From Candidatus Kapaibacterium sp. (GTDB taxonomy: Bacteria > Bacteroidota > Ignavibacteria > Kapaibacteriales > UBA2268), in the NCBI GenBank assembly GCA_963665665.1, contig OY762428.1, positions 1,344,001 to 1,408,000 on the forward strand: a stretch of DNA of 64,000 nt, in the 5' to 3' direction. This document shows, in pieces, positions 21,001-30,350 of the stretch (within the stretch, counting starts at the first letter, position 1; each line of letters begins with the position of its first letter). The translations under genes and the position numbers were made by a program. The notes below the pieces were generated by a model that was not told the DNA's origin, ran no database searches, and saw only the letters and a program-made list of their open reading frames with translations.

Positions 21001-23289
21001 CTGAAAGGGTTGCGAAATAAAGGAATTGTCAAGTGCCGGCAGTTCTTCCGGCAACAAATCTCCCCCGTTACTATTTTTCTGATATAGCCCGAGATCAATC
21101 TCAAAAGGGATAAAATAACAAAAAAGCAATTCCGGACACAATTCAATATCCAGCTCAGGAACCGATATTGTATAATCAACATATACATTGTTCTGCTGGT
21201 TGATTAGTGCAAATATCCTGCTTGCAAGAAAATCATAATTCTCGCTGATCCTTTCATTATTCTTTATTCTAATAATATTTTGCTTATATAATCCCGGATC
21301 GCCCGTAAGCGGATCAAGCAAAGAATTCTCGTTATTCATCTTCAATGCCGTAGCAAGGGTCTTACCACTTAAATCAAAGAATTCATATGAATTAACCTGG
21401 TTGGGATCAGTAATTATTCTTTTAAGAACAAAATTCTCCGATGGTGCTTCGTCACCAAAAATTGCTATTAATTCATCATCGGATGCAGTAGATACATAAA
21501 TCCTTGTAGAAGTGGCTTGTTCTCCGGCTACGGGATTGAAAGATTCAAACCTGTTCAATGCCGCTCCGAATCCTCCCTGTTCATAAACCCTTCCGCTCCC
21601 GTCATTCATATATATGGTTCTGGCAATGGGATAGCCCTCGGCAGAAGGAATGCCATCATTAATTATACCAAGCGATGAAAGCAGATTATCCCCGTCATAA
21701 TAGTCTTCAAGCAATCCGTCAGTTATTCCGGTAAATCCCGTGGACGTAAAATCATTACTATTCAACGGAATACCTGATGAATTTGTTATCAGCCCGTCTT
21801 TGTAATAAAGTCCAGAAATCGTTTTTGGAAGCAAATCCTGGAAACTATCCCAATAATAATCTTCAAAAATTGACACGGGTAAAGTTGACAGCAGTTTCCT
21901 TCCGATATTGTCATAGTAAACTTCTGAAACCAATGCATTATCTCTCATCAAATTCAGGCTTTGACTCTGCCTGGGTTTTAAAAGATTATCATAAAAGGAA
22001 ATACTATTAAACATTTGTGTACCGGCAAATTTATCCTCAACAAATGACTTGGTATATATCCAGTTCAGATCGCTGTTATATTGCCAGATTGCAATAGCAA
22101 ATAGCTTCTCGTAATCCTTAATATTTGTATTACCCTGAGGGTTATATTCTTCGGTACAGGGAATTGTTACAACATTCTGATAGTTTAAAGCCCTTACCAT
22201 GTTCCACTTTCCATAGTTCAGGTCGTTTCCAATACCTCCCGGAAAGTATGATCCGACAGGCCTTACTCGCCAAAGATAAAAACCCATTCTCTGCGAAAGT
22301 AATACATCAATAAACTGATTAGAATTCCCCGTGTAAAGGTTCAGCGCCTTCGACCAGTCAATTTTGCTATCTAATTTTACAAAATCAGAAAAATAATTAA
22401 CACTTCTGTTTCGATTCTCTAATTTTAATATCTGTATATGGTAATTTGGAATTGAATCTCTTACACAATCATCAGCAAACTCCCATTCAAGTCGGATTGG
22501 TTGAATTTTATTCGAATATGATACTGCAAATGACTTATAGAAAACATATAATGTTTTCTCTGCTGCTTGAGCACCGAATATATAATTAATACAAATAATT
22601 GGTTCTTCATTTGGATCGGGAATAAGATCTTTCCTCGCATGTATTTTTCTGTCTTCAATAGTATAATAGTATTCAAGGAACAATTCATCCTGAAGTTTCT
22701 GAGCAATATTGGAATTCATTGAATCAAAATCATAATCAAACACTAAATTAGTTAAGGCAATATGCGGCGTTTCTTCCATTGTTGAATAATCATCTTCCGG
22801 AGAGGCAAACACAATGTCTGTTTCATACATATCCTCCGGCTTTACAAACCCATCCTTAGCATTAATCTTTAAAGTACACAGCCTAACATCTCCCGGACCG
22901 TTCAAAACAACGCCTGAATTATCAACCTTATGGAATTCAGCAATACAGCTGACAGTGAAATCCATATACACATTATCAAAATCACCGAACTCATAATTAT
23001 CCAGGCCGATCTTTAACCTTACAACCAACTTGCCGGAATGAATACTTGGCAGACAACTTACAGGACTGGGATCTCCAAATAAGTGAAGGTATTTTGTTTC
23101 AAGCTCACTACTAGTATGATCGCACAAAAATTCGTAGTCTAACGTCCTTTTTGTACACTGATCTAAAACGGTTAATTTTTCAGCTTTCTTTTTATTGATT
23201 ACCTGCCCAAAAGCTGTTTCCAAAGAAATGGAAATTATAATTATCACTATAATAAATCTGATTAGTTCCCTCATTGTACCATCTTTCAA
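15040..23289 (-). CDS. Signal-peptide Rhs/YD-repeat polymorphic toxin with C-terminal URI/GIY-YIG-like nuclease tip (probable ATG at 23274)
   Basis: YD repeats; Rhs core YRFGFNGMEQD..YDPDIARWLKLDP..NNPIVFVDPMG; DUF6443-like segment (FYDNLLKPRQSQ..YYDNIGRK); tip contains YIGIT..R..AKGIEQLII..NKI. Confidence 0.88.
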   Translation of the reverse strand: MKDGTMRELIRFIIVIIIISISLETAFGQVINKKKAEKLTVLDQCTKRTLDYEFLCDHTSSELETKYLHLFGDPSPVSCLPSIHSGKLVVRLKIGLDNYEFGDFDNVYMDFTVSCIAEFHKVDNSGVVLNGPGDVRLCTLKINAKDGFVKPEDMYETDIVFASPEDDYSTMEETPHIALTNLVFDYDFDSMNSNIAQKLQDELFLEYYYTIEDRKIHARKDLIPDPNEEPIICINYIFGAQAAEKTLYVFYKSFAVSYSNKIQPIRLEWEFADDCVRDSIPNYHIQILKLENRNRSVNYFSDFVKLDSKIDWSKALNLYTGNSNQFIDVLLSQRMGFYLWRVRPVGSYFPGGIGNDLNYGKWNMVRALNYQNVVTIPCTEEYNPQGNTNIKDYEKLFAIAIWQYNSDLNWIYTKSFVEDKFAGTQMFNSISFYDNLLKPRQSQSLNLMRDNALVSEVYYDNIGRKLLSTLPVSIFEDYYWDSFQDLLPKTISGLYYKDGLITNSSGIPLNSNDFTSTGFTGITDGLLEDYYDGDNLLSSLGIINDGIPSAEGYPIARTIYMNDGSGRVYEQGGFGAALNRFESFNPVAGEQATSTRIYVSTASDDELIAIFGDEAPSENFVLKRIITDPNQVNSYEFFDLSGKTLATALKMNNENSLLDPLTGDPGLYKQNIIRIKNNERISENYDFLASRIFALINQQNNVYVDYTISVPELDIELCPELLFCYFIPFEIDLGLYQKNSNGGDLLPEELPALDNSFISQPFQEYPTCDDRDADAPIVYTKSWAFDGNPNGKDLLGSGKYEAKKYIRFDVSEIEQDFTDKVKTAVENDWNIEITQVSSLINSIMISTEPDLTRLFHVADDPSDTYELLDIGWVYNSEENIFTKQIGCCSEAKISIVTCEQTCEIVGSYEEYLKDKAVELISLCYDPYTTNFGDIDNETVLNSENISSYFWGDMNRDGDIEKIIPEISPYSTGGNGAFDALIGNMQSTIEYEDYEKDEFCDCWVNAVEMFVAQGTEEYIDASGNNVVRSDGSIVRVPSEDFNLLNAFLDCTGRKIKGISNHPYGGLGGYASETDINGLWDNTQTSQQYGKGYIDYAFEYFYYFPAFTNNISNLEFYQELCEENFSAVFPNFSFSATIPPIVTQSIDLDPDSFTSDEWNNFYQCVAATLPYDVVKSKIKEKKDEVDNDPFLSGVFDYVDLSHCLDPATGDIDMECVEEMVALLVDQCEDGCEERNFRASIIKLHRDNDYAIYDDKYFDPNPENNSCDDYIYISDWNPYPVDANGDQILNINHYLTEDAADDYVDILVAHCKGGCKLNIRRDNFGEIALGDLNARENFHNSMYADYELKLAGDDPPCPSYWTTLYDNQYSYDNTTLNIPTDIAYKKFIVDFLNMRLDYLIEGLEDYIPYNVNIIADEYAAESGDSLMRQVNCLLIKAAFDMLNDICTDQTLSFDECYSCETTDQFVNVVPRTEQHPWAIPENNPEYNHYTNMPYPHYSSFYKDENGLAFNEWVFFPKDKWINVETRNNCYNLETSIWKIKYYDRFVINNYYNNGELIDYLLLSRSFEYLDKPLNICKGFPTPQDYTFLCSAIEFNGGNPKLCFRWIDREYDEDNIEKVLTLRDCNDEIEQALINSLNAQMNSCRKELIKQGKEQIGERIAAIMDDPSLINEEFTVKYDVDYNHFTLFYYDRAGNLVQTVPPKGVDIDGTRTGRLEHPEHGYKSMYQYNSLGNVVSAKSPDEILPKEYFYDDFGRLRFSRDAVQKANAPPLISYVKYDLQNRVIEKGEIAYDETVFANGNPANDRFYPDPLIDRVSYTEYFYTKPFGAFKIPYENLQQDNLRNRLSYAVHYNNREGGRLPEPLGSHFTVATSYSYDLHGNIKWLVQEIPLMEWAMFQGQETFLPETISMKIDYEYDLISGNTRQVHYCSGRADQFHQMFEYDADNKISLALSSRNGKLWDRDNRYEYYPHGPLQRTVTGEDLITADDYYYTADGKLKAVNGGVQGYRAGINQDYGTQTAPDAFGYVLNYYENDFIYPVNPALLGSVDRLPGLVNLYNGNIASAEYAFDDSLKFYLGLKAPSTLNEIGNGYQYRYDYLNRLTRSKRNKYVNTWNAESERLKSAYHYDANGNIRTIFRGDNGGNSNDVMMNISGTNNQLISAVKGAGTVDYTYDDIGNLDTESSIGQDTYTNTMVWDHNGKIIRNIKSDLLPNIDCAPASDFTMETRFLYDASGTRVAKLTYSPELMAARDEISNCSECFGQVQMKGTYYIPDANNTVLAVYETMGKLEETTCMPFFWLDVREWFVYGSGAMGRIATVRPEKDSDNSTEYPDDNGNIIYPEAVAIASHPYFNFTPATNERQLGFKEYEYKDHLGNLRALIGDIKQPVNLNADRENFAFNLTPLAINNYYPFGLAQTWISANSPAYRFGFNGMEQDPEFRGEGKGYTTLHRLYDPDIARWLKLDPVVKPDVSGYISFGNNPIVFVDPMGLDENIITQNGKEAVWGVGKQGDEQTIMWDPYFADDGTTQYRKKETRIYHEGNDYGKAGWYLPEYYEIVNLDWEGGQVLPKLSGLSRFIVGERRWNGWIVDSDGYLTGFNTVYASVTSYQTIVKSLKNIGKISSLLGSNFGTLEKVKNGYTVYHYFKTLKELSEKKLYIGITMNAIGGGRYSLEFVLENSIRAFEELEGNIPNIGIAKGIEQLIIELNGFKTKAEVRAGAINRTANKIRATVNEIYKSAARDWLNHNIPNWETIFKKQ

Positions 23290-23309
23290 TGTCTGCCAAC
23301 AAAAATTAA

Positions 23310-24779
23310 TTATTCAATCACAATAATTTCAAACGCCGGGGGTTGGCCCGGCATTTCAATACTAATTACATAAGTTCCGTGAGGATAATCACTGCCCGGG
23401 ATAAATTGAATGCTGTTACCGCCAAGGAAATATGCACCGAAGCTCTCAATCAGCTCACCGCGGATAGTATAAATCTTAATATCAGCCCTTACGCTGATGT
23501 TTCCGGTTGGTTCAATATTTATCACTTCACCTGTTTTTGCAGGGTTGGGAAAAACGTTGAATTGCTTCACATATCTTTCATCATATTGCAGGACACCGTT
23601 GCCATCTGGGAAGTATGAAGCTATCCAGTCGTTCAGCATACAGAAAACATTATCTGGCGAATAGCCTTTCAGGCAGTCCATACCTGTCCAGTAATCTATT
23701 GATGTGTAGTCTCCATTGCTGATATCTTTGTCGAAATGCTGAATAGTCCAGCTTTTACCTGCATCCGTCGTATGATAAAAATATTGATAGCTGATTCCGG
23801 TTAGTTCTGTCTTCTTGGAATAATGCGGATTTGTGATATAGTTCAGGCTGTCCAGATATACAAATTCATCCAGGCCTACACTATATGAACTATCCTTTTC
23901 GAACAGAAGGTTTTCCCAGCTCTCTCCTCCATCGGTGGTTCGGTACAGGACAGAAACAAGATAATTCGATTCTGGGTATTCAGGGTCTCTTTTTCCTCCC
24001 CACATAAACCCAAGATTCTCATCAATAAAATCTATCTGGCGACATAATACACTATCCGTATTAGGATATTCCTTCCAGGTTTTGCCACGATCAGTGGATT
24101 TCATTAATGAGAAGTTATCAGGCTGAAAATCTCCACCAGTGCCATCCCTGAAATAATCCAAGTTGTATTTTTGAAGTATGAATGTATTGTCAAACCAAGA
24201 ATAACTATTAAATATTACCGTATCTTTAGAGATTTGTACCTTTTCAAATGATTGAAACTCATCATTAGTTGTATAAAACCAACCTAAAGAATTATTAAAT
24301 CGAAACATTGCTTTAGCTGAATCGATTATTGTCATATTTATTAATCTTTCAGATTTGTAATTATCTTCACTACCAAGAGGTACTTCATGCGTCATTTCCT
24401 TTACTTTCCAGTTATCCCCGCCGTCTGTAGTTTTCAGAAAAAGGCGGGATTCTTTGAAAAAGAAATACATTACATTGTCATCTACAACATACATATCGAT
24501 AGGCCTGTTTAAATACTCGCATGGATAACCTTGGAGTGAATCTCCCATCTCATCCTTATACTTTAAAACAGATCGCCAGTTTTCGCCCTTATTCCATGTT
24601 TTAAAAATTTCAAAATAACTATGGCTTGACCAATATTCATCCCAGAAAAAGAGGTCTCCGTCAGGAGTTACATTTAGAGTTCTCATATATACAGCTTTTA
24701 AATAGCCTGTTATACGCCATTCACCCGCTTGTACCATAATTGGTAAAACTAATATTACAAGTAGTAGAATTCTTTTCAA
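23310..24779 (-). CDS. Family A (A10): secreted BNR/YCF48-like beta-propeller with T9SS-type CTD
   Basis: Signal peptide; Asp-boxes KTTDGGDNW, KSTDRGKTW, RTTDGGESW; VFPNPA..GTYVISI tail; TTG start. Confidence 0.85.
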   Translation of the reverse strand: MKRILLLVILVLPIMVQAGEWRITGYLKAVYMRTLNVTPDGDLFFWDEYWSSHSYFEIFKTWNKGENWRSVLKYKDEMGDSLQGYPCEYLNRPIDMYVVDDNVMYFFFKESRLFLKTTDGGDNWKVKEMTHEVPLGSEDNYKSERLINMTIIDSAKAMFRFNNSLGWFYTTNDEFQSFEKVQISKDTVIFNSYSWFDNTFILQKYNLDYFRDGTGGDFQPDNFSLMKSTDRGKTWKEYPNTDSVLCRQIDFIDENLGFMWGGKRDPEYPESNYLVSVLYRTTDGGESWENLLFEKDSSYSVGLDEFVYLDSLNYITNPHYSKKTELTGISYQYFYHTTDAGKSWTIQHFDKDISNGDYTSIDYWTGMDCLKGYSPDNVFCMLNDWIASYFPDGNGVLQYDERYVKQFNVFPNPAKTGEVINIEPTGNISVRADIKIYTIRGELIESFGAYFLGGNSIQFIPGSDYPHGTYVISIEMPGQPPAFEIIVIE

Positions 24780-24847
24780 TTTTTTTCCCTTAGCAGTTGT
24801 TTTTTAAAATTGAGGCCAGCCCAATTTAAAAGCCAGCCCCATTATAT

Positions 24848-26032
24848 CTATGGAACTAATAAAAATTTGTCACTTTTTAAAATTGTTATGTCATTCTTCA
24901 AAACATAGTAATATGTCCCGCTGACAAAATCACTCATATCAATTTCAAATACATCAGGGGATTCAGTTAACCTATTATCTACTATTTTGATTCCTTCCGA
25001 ACTATAAACAGACAACTGATTAACATTACCGGCAACTCTGCATAAATTGAATTTTATTATACCGTCCGAAGGATTTGGATAGATTAACATTCCATCAAAT
25101 TTTAAATCATTCCTATTTTCTTTAATATCATTTATTTTACCTGATTCATCTTCAAAATTTAACAGGGCATAGCATTTGTCATAGCATTCGTGTAATTCAT
25201 CACATGGTTCAGCAGAACTACGTGAAACATCTCCGAATCTTCTATAAGTTGTATTCCCAGGAATATAATTTCGTTCAAAATCATACCCCCAGGTAATTTC
25301 CAAACTTATCTGGCAGCAGGCTGTACTCAGGCATTTTCTATAAACTGTACTGAATGAAACCAATTCATTATCTGCGGTTTTATCCTTGTTATTTTTCTTT
25401 ATTGTTCGTGTTTCGAATAATGGAAATGTTATCCCCTCGCCCCCGACAGATGCTAAAGTCCTGAAATATGATCTGTCAGTTGTCATTGAGATATTATCTC
25501 CGGTCCAGCAAGAAGCAATTGATGCGCCATAAAAGTTTCCGGACTTTGGTATTCCATTTGGATCGCTTGGCAGCAATCCCTTTGACCTTAACTCTTCAAA
25601 ACAGGCTTTAGTTGCAATTTCTACAAGATCTTCAAATTCTGGAATATCACACTCACATTCTTCTTCATCCGGAAGAAATATTTGGGTTATTTGCACTTCA
25701 GTGTAATTAGTAGTATTTGTTCTCCAATTAGCATCAAATGCAATTTCACATTGATAATTAATACCATTAACAGTACAATTAATTAAAATTGATGGATAAA
25801 TATACTCTCGAATATGTTGAACAACCAATCCTCCTTCAATCTCAACTATTCTGTAATATTCAGCAGTTATTTCGTAAAATGGCTGCCAGACACCAACATT
25901 TGATACACCTTCAGGTAATCCGGGATCACAAGGTGCATCAGGCTCAAATGGTATATGGACATCTGTATATTGTCCATTTGCAAATGAATTTAATAAAACA
26001 AAAAACAATATAAACAAGAATGATTTCTTCAT
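24848..26032 (-). CDS. Family B (B5): secreted Cys-rich protein with T9SS-type CTD
   Basis: Signal peptide; more than 10 Cys (ASCW, KCLSTACC, ECYDKC); IYPNPS..GTYYYVL..KFLLV tail. Confidence 0.85.
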   Translation of the reverse strand: MKKSFLFILFFVLLNSFANGQYTDVHIPFEPDAPCDPGLPEGVSNVGVWQPFYEITAEYYRIVEIEGGLVVQHIREYIYPSILINCTVNGINYQCEIAFDANWRTNTTNYTEVQITQIFLPDEEECECDIPEFEDLVEIATKACFEELRSKGLLPSDPNGIPKSGNFYGASIASCWTGDNISMTTDRSYFRTLASVGGEGITFPLFETRTIKKNNKDKTADNELVSFSTVYRKCLSTACCQISLEITWGYDFERNYIPGNTTYRRFGDVSRSSAEPCDELHECYDKCYALLNFEDESGKINDIKENRNDLKFDGMLIYPNPSDGIIKFNLCRVAGNVNQLSVYSSEGIKIVDNRLTESPDVFEIDMSDFVSGTYYYVLKNDITILKSDKFLLVP

Positions 26033-26088
26033 CTCATTTCTCCTTAATTTGGTTAGGGATAGTTTTTTTATTTCTCATAATTAAATAC

Positions 26089-27558
26089 CTATTCAATCAC
26101 AATAATTTCATACGCCGGGGGATGGTCCGGCATTTCAATATCAACTACATAAGTTCCGGGAGGATAATCACTGCCCGCGATAAATTGAATGCTGTTACCA
26201 CAAAAGAAATATGCACCGAAGCTCTCCATAAGCTCACCTCGTATTGTATATATTTTTATCTCAGCCCTTACGCTGATGTTTCCGGTTGGTTCAATATTTA
26301 TCACTTCACCTGTTTTGGCAGGGTTGGGATAAAGGTTGAACTTCTTCTCATATCTTTCATCATATTGCAGGACTCCGTTGCCGTCAGGAAAGTATGAGGC
26401 TATCCAGTCGTTCAGCATACAGAATACATTATCAGGTGAATAGCCTTTCAGGCAGTCCATACCTGTCCAGTAATCTATTGATGTGTATTCCCCATTGCTG
26501 ATATCTTTATCGAAATGCTGAATAGTCCAGGTTTTACCTGCATCCGTCGTATGATAAAAATATTGGTAACTGATTCCGGTTAGTTCTGTCTTCTTGGAAT
26601 AATGTGGATTTGTGATATAGTTCAGGCTGTCCAGATATACAAATTCATCCAGGCCCACACTGTAGGAACTATCTTTCTCGAACAGAAGGTTTTCCCAGCT
26701 TTCACCGCCATCGGTTGTGCGGTACAGGACAGAAACAAGATAATCCGATTCCGGGTATTCAGGGTCTCTTTTCCCTCCCCACATAAACCCGAGATTCTCA
26801 TCAATAAAATCAATCTGGCGGCATAATACACTATCCGTATTTGGATATTCCTCCCAGGTTTTGCCCCGGTCAGTGGATTTCATTAATGAGAAGTTATCAG
26901 GCTGAAAATCTCCACCAGTGCCATCCCTGAAATAATCCAAGTTGTATTTTTGAAGTATGAATGTATTGTCAAACCAAGAATAACTATTAAATATTACCGT
27001 ATCTTCAGAGATTTGTACCTTTTCAAATGATTGAAATTCATCATTAGTTGTATAAAACCAACCTAAAGAATTATTAAATCGAAACATAGCTTTAGCTGAA
27101 TCGATTATTGTCATATTTATTAATCTTTCAGATTTGTAATTATCTTCACTGCCAAGAGGCACATCAGGCGTCATTTCTTTTACATTCCAGTTATCACCGC
27201 CGTCTGTGGTTTTCAGGAACAGCCGGGATTCTTTAAAAAAGAAATACATTACATTGTCATCTACAACATACATATCAATTGGTTGATCAATATATTCCCC
27301 CGGATACCCCTGATAGCTTTTTCCAAAACCATTCTTTATTCTCAATGCATTCGTCCAACTTTTACCTTTGTCAGAAGTTTTCATTATCGTAAGATATTTC
27401 GAATCAGACATTCCTTCATCCCAGAAAAAAAGATCACCATCAGGAGTGACATTCAGTGTCCTCATATAAATAGCATTCAAAAAACCTGTTATTCGCCATT
27501 CACCGTAGCAAAGGGTTATGGGAATAAAAATCAATATCAGGGTTAGTATCTTTTTCAT
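26089..27558 (-). CDS. Family A (A9) BNR propeller + T9SS CTD
   Basis: Paralog of 23310; start taken at MKKILTL. Confidence 0.85.
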   Translation of the reverse strand: MKKILTLILIFIPITLCYGEWRITGFLNAIYMRTLNVTPDGDLFFWDEGMSDSKYLTIMKTSDKGKSWTNALRIKNGFGKSYQGYPGEYIDQPIDMYVVDDNVMYFFFKESRLFLKTTDGGDNWNVKEMTPDVPLGSEDNYKSERLINMTIIDSAKAMFRFNNSLGWFYTTNDEFQSFEKVQISEDTVIFNSYSWFDNTFILQKYNLDYFRDGTGGDFQPDNFSLMKSTDRGKTWEEYPNTDSVLCRQIDFIDENLGFMWGGKRDPEYPESDYLVSVLYRTTDGGESWENLLFEKDSSYSVGLDEFVYLDSLNYITNPHYSKKTELTGISYQYFYHTTDAGKTWTIQHFDKDISNGEYTSIDYWTGMDCLKGYSPDNVFCMLNDWIASYFPDGNGVLQYDERYEKKFNLYPNPAKTGEVINIEPTGNISVRAEIKIYTIRGELMESFGAYFFCGNSIQFIAGSDYPPGTYVVDIEMPDHPPAYEIIVIE

Positions 27559-27568
27559 AAACAAACAC

Positions 27569-29035
27569 CTATTCAATCACAATAATTTCATACGCCGGGG
27601 GCTGGCCCTGCATTTCAATACCTATTACATAAGTTCCGGGAGGATAAAAGTTATCCAGGACAAACTGAATACTGTTACCGCCAAGGAGATATGCGCCGAA
27701 GCTCTCAATCAACTCACCTCGGATTGTATATATTTTTACATCAGCTCTTCCAGTGATGTTGCCGATTGGTTCAATATTTATCTCTTCACCTGTTTTGGCA
27801 GGATTGGGATAAACGCTGAATTGATTTTCATATCTTTCATCATATTGCAGGACTCCGTTGCCGTCAGGAAAGTATGAGGCTATCCAGTCGTTCAGCATAC
27901 AGAATACATTATCAGGTGAATAGCCTTTCAGGCAGTCCATACCTGTCCAGTAATCTATTGATGTGTATTCCCCATTGCTGATGTCTTTATCGAAATGCTG
28001 AATAGTCCAGGTTTTACCTGCATCCGTAGTGTGATAAAAATATTGATAGCTGATTCCGGTCAGTTCTGTCTTTTTGGAATAATGCGGATTTGTGATATAG
28101 TTCAGGCTGTCCAGATATACAAATTCATCCAGGCCCACACTATAGGAACTATCCTTCTCGAACAGGAGGTTTTCCCAGCTTTCGCCTCCATCGGTGGTTC
28201 TGTACAGAACAGAAACAAGATAATCAGATTCCGGGTATTCAGGATCTCTTTTTCCTCCCCACATAAACCCAAGATTCTCATCAATAAAATCAATTTGCCG
28301 ACATAATACACTATCTGAATTCGGATATTCCTTCCAGGTTTTTCCACGATCAGTAGATTTTAACAGGGAATAATTATCCGCCTTGTAATATTTGTCTGAC
28401 ATCTTTAAATATTCTAATTTATTTTTATGTAGGATAAAGGTATTGTCAAACCAATGTAAGCTGTTAAATATTGTTGTATCCTCACTTACTTTTATTTTTT
28501 CAATATTCTTAAAATCATCATAAGTAATATAGAACCAGCCAATAGAATTTTTAAAACGAACCAATCCCTTTATAAAATCAAACATGGATATTGTCAAGGC
28601 TCTTTCAGATTTGTAATTATCTTCACTGCCAAGAGGCACATCAGGGGTCATTTCCTTCACATTCCAGTTATCCCCGCCGTCTGTGGTTTTCAGGAACAGC
28701 CGGGATTCTTTAAAAAAGAAATACATTACATTGTCATCAACAACATACATGTCAATTGGTTGATCAATATATTCCCCCGGATACCCCTGATAGCTTTTTC
28801 CAAAACCATTCTTTATTCTCAATGCATTCGTCCAACTTTTACCTTTGTCAGAAGTTTTCATTATCGTAAGATATTTCGAATCAGACATTCCTTCATCCCA
28901 GAAAAACAGATCACCATCAGAAGTTACATTCAATGTCCTCATATAAATGGCATTCAAAAAACCTGTTATTCGCCATTCGCCGGAATATAGGGTGATAGGA
29001 ATCAGTATAATTATCAGAATTAGAATTTTTTTCAA
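27569..29035 (-). CDS. Family A (A8) BNR propeller + T9SS CTD
   Basis: Paralog with a unique middle segment (ALTISMFDF..). Confidence 0.85.
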   Translation of the reverse strand: MKKILILIIILIPITLYSGEWRITGFLNAIYMRTLNVTSDGDLFFWDEGMSDSKYLTIMKTSDKGKSWTNALRIKNGFGKSYQGYPGEYIDQPIDMYVVDDNVMYFFFKESRLFLKTTDGGDNWNVKEMTPDVPLGSEDNYKSERALTISMFDFIKGLVRFKNSIGWFYITYDDFKNIEKIKVSEDTTIFNSLHWFDNTFILHKNKLEYLKMSDKYYKADNYSLLKSTDRGKTWKEYPNSDSVLCRQIDFIDENLGFMWGGKRDPEYPESDYLVSVLYRTTDGGESWENLLFEKDSSYSVGLDEFVYLDSLNYITNPHYSKKTELTGISYQYFYHTTDAGKTWTIQHFDKDISNGEYTSIDYWTGMDCLKGYSPDNVFCMLNDWIASYFPDGNGVLQYDERYENQFSVYPNPAKTGEEINIEPIGNITGRADVKIYTIRGELIESFGAYLLGGNSIQFVLDNFYPPGTYVIGIEMQGQPPAYEIIVIE

Positions 29036-29098
29036 TTTGATTACCTTAAAATAATTTAAAATAAGGCCGATCAGATCTTCTGACCGGCCTGAGAATAT

Positions 29099-30295
29099 CT
29101 ATTGTACTAATATAAATTTACCACTTTCAAGAATTGTAATATCATTTTTCAGAACATAAAAATATATCCCGCTGACACAATCACTCATATCAATTTCAAG
29201 AAGCCGTGAGTGAATATCAGTTAACATTCTACTTAAAACAATGATTCCTTCTGAACTGTAAATTGACAACTGATCAATATTATTTGGAATGCTGTTTAGA
29301 TTAAATTTTATAGTACCATTCGAAGGATTCGGATAGATCATTATTCCATTAAATTCAGAATCATTATTTATTTCTTCTTTATAGTTTATTTTACCTGATT
29401 CTTCTTCAAAATTTAATAGTGCATAGCACCTGTCATAGCATTCGAGTAATTCATCACATGGCTCAGAACTGCTTCTGGAAACATCACCGAATCTAGTATA
29501 TGAAGTATTTTCCTGATCATAATTCCCAAGAACATCATACCCCCAGTTTATTTCCAAACTTATCTGGCAGCAGGCTGTACTAAGGCATTTTCTATAAACT
29601 GTACTGAATGAAACCAAATCATTATCTGCGGTTTCATCCTTGTAATTTTTCTTTATTTTTCGGGTTTCGAATAATGGAAATGTTATACCGTCGCCCCCGA
29701 CAGATGCTAAAGTCCTGAAATAGGTTCTGTCAGTAGTCATTGAAATATTATCCCCGGTCCAGCAAGAAGCAATTGATGCTCCATAAAAGTTTCCTGACTT
29801 TGGTATTCCATTTAGATCGCTTGGTAATAATCCCCTTGACCTTAAATCTTCGAAGCAGGCTTTTGTTGCTATTAAAACCAAATCTTCAAAATCAGGTATA
29901 TCGCAGGGACAATCACTTGGATCGGGAAGATAGAATTGGGTAATTTGAACTTCGGTATATTCATCATTATCAGTCCGCCATCTTGCATCAAAAGCAATAT
30001 CACACTCATAATCAACATTATCAATTGTACAGTGAAGAACTATTACGGGGTATTGTAGTTTCTTTACAGTTTGTGGTATCAACTGCCCATTAATTTCAAT
30101 GAGTCTCTCGTAAGAACCCAAATATGTATAAAATGGATTCCAACCGCTGACAGAATCTTCGTCAACACCGTCAGGTACTCCCGGGTCACAAGGTTCTTCA
30201 GGGTCAAAAGGTTCATAAACAACACTTGGCGATTGCCCAAAAGTTAATGAACTAAAAAACATAAAAGCTGTTAATATCAAGAATGCTTTCTTCAT
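29099..30295 (-). CDS. Family B (B4) Cys-rich + T9SS CTD
   Basis: Paralog of 24848. Confidence 0.85.
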   Translation of the reverse strand: MKKAFLILTAFMFFSSLTFGQSPSVVYEPFDPEEPCDPGVPDGVDEDSVSGWNPFYTYLGSYERLIEINGQLIPQTVKKLQYPVIVLHCTIDNVDYECDIAFDARWRTDNDEYTEVQITQFYLPDPSDCPCDIPDFEDLVLIATKACFEDLRSRGLLPSDLNGIPKSGNFYGASIASCWTGDNISMTTDRTYFRTLASVGGDGITFPLFETRKIKKNYKDETADNDLVSFSTVYRKCLSTACCQISLEINWGYDVLGNYDQENTSYTRFGDVSRSSSEPCDELLECYDRCYALLNFEEESGKINYKEEINNDSEFNGIMIYPNPSNGTIKFNLNSIPNNIDQLSIYSSEGIIVLSRMLTDIHSRLLEIDMSDCVSGIYFYVLKNDITILESGKFILVQ

Positions 30296-30350
30296 CTTAT
30301 TTCTCCTTAATTTGTTTATGGTTAGTATTTTTATTTCTCATAATAAAAAC

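Noticed and set aside
15040-23289. T6SS effector
   Set aside because: It has an N-terminal Sec-type signal and no PAAR domain; no VgrG or Hcp nearby.
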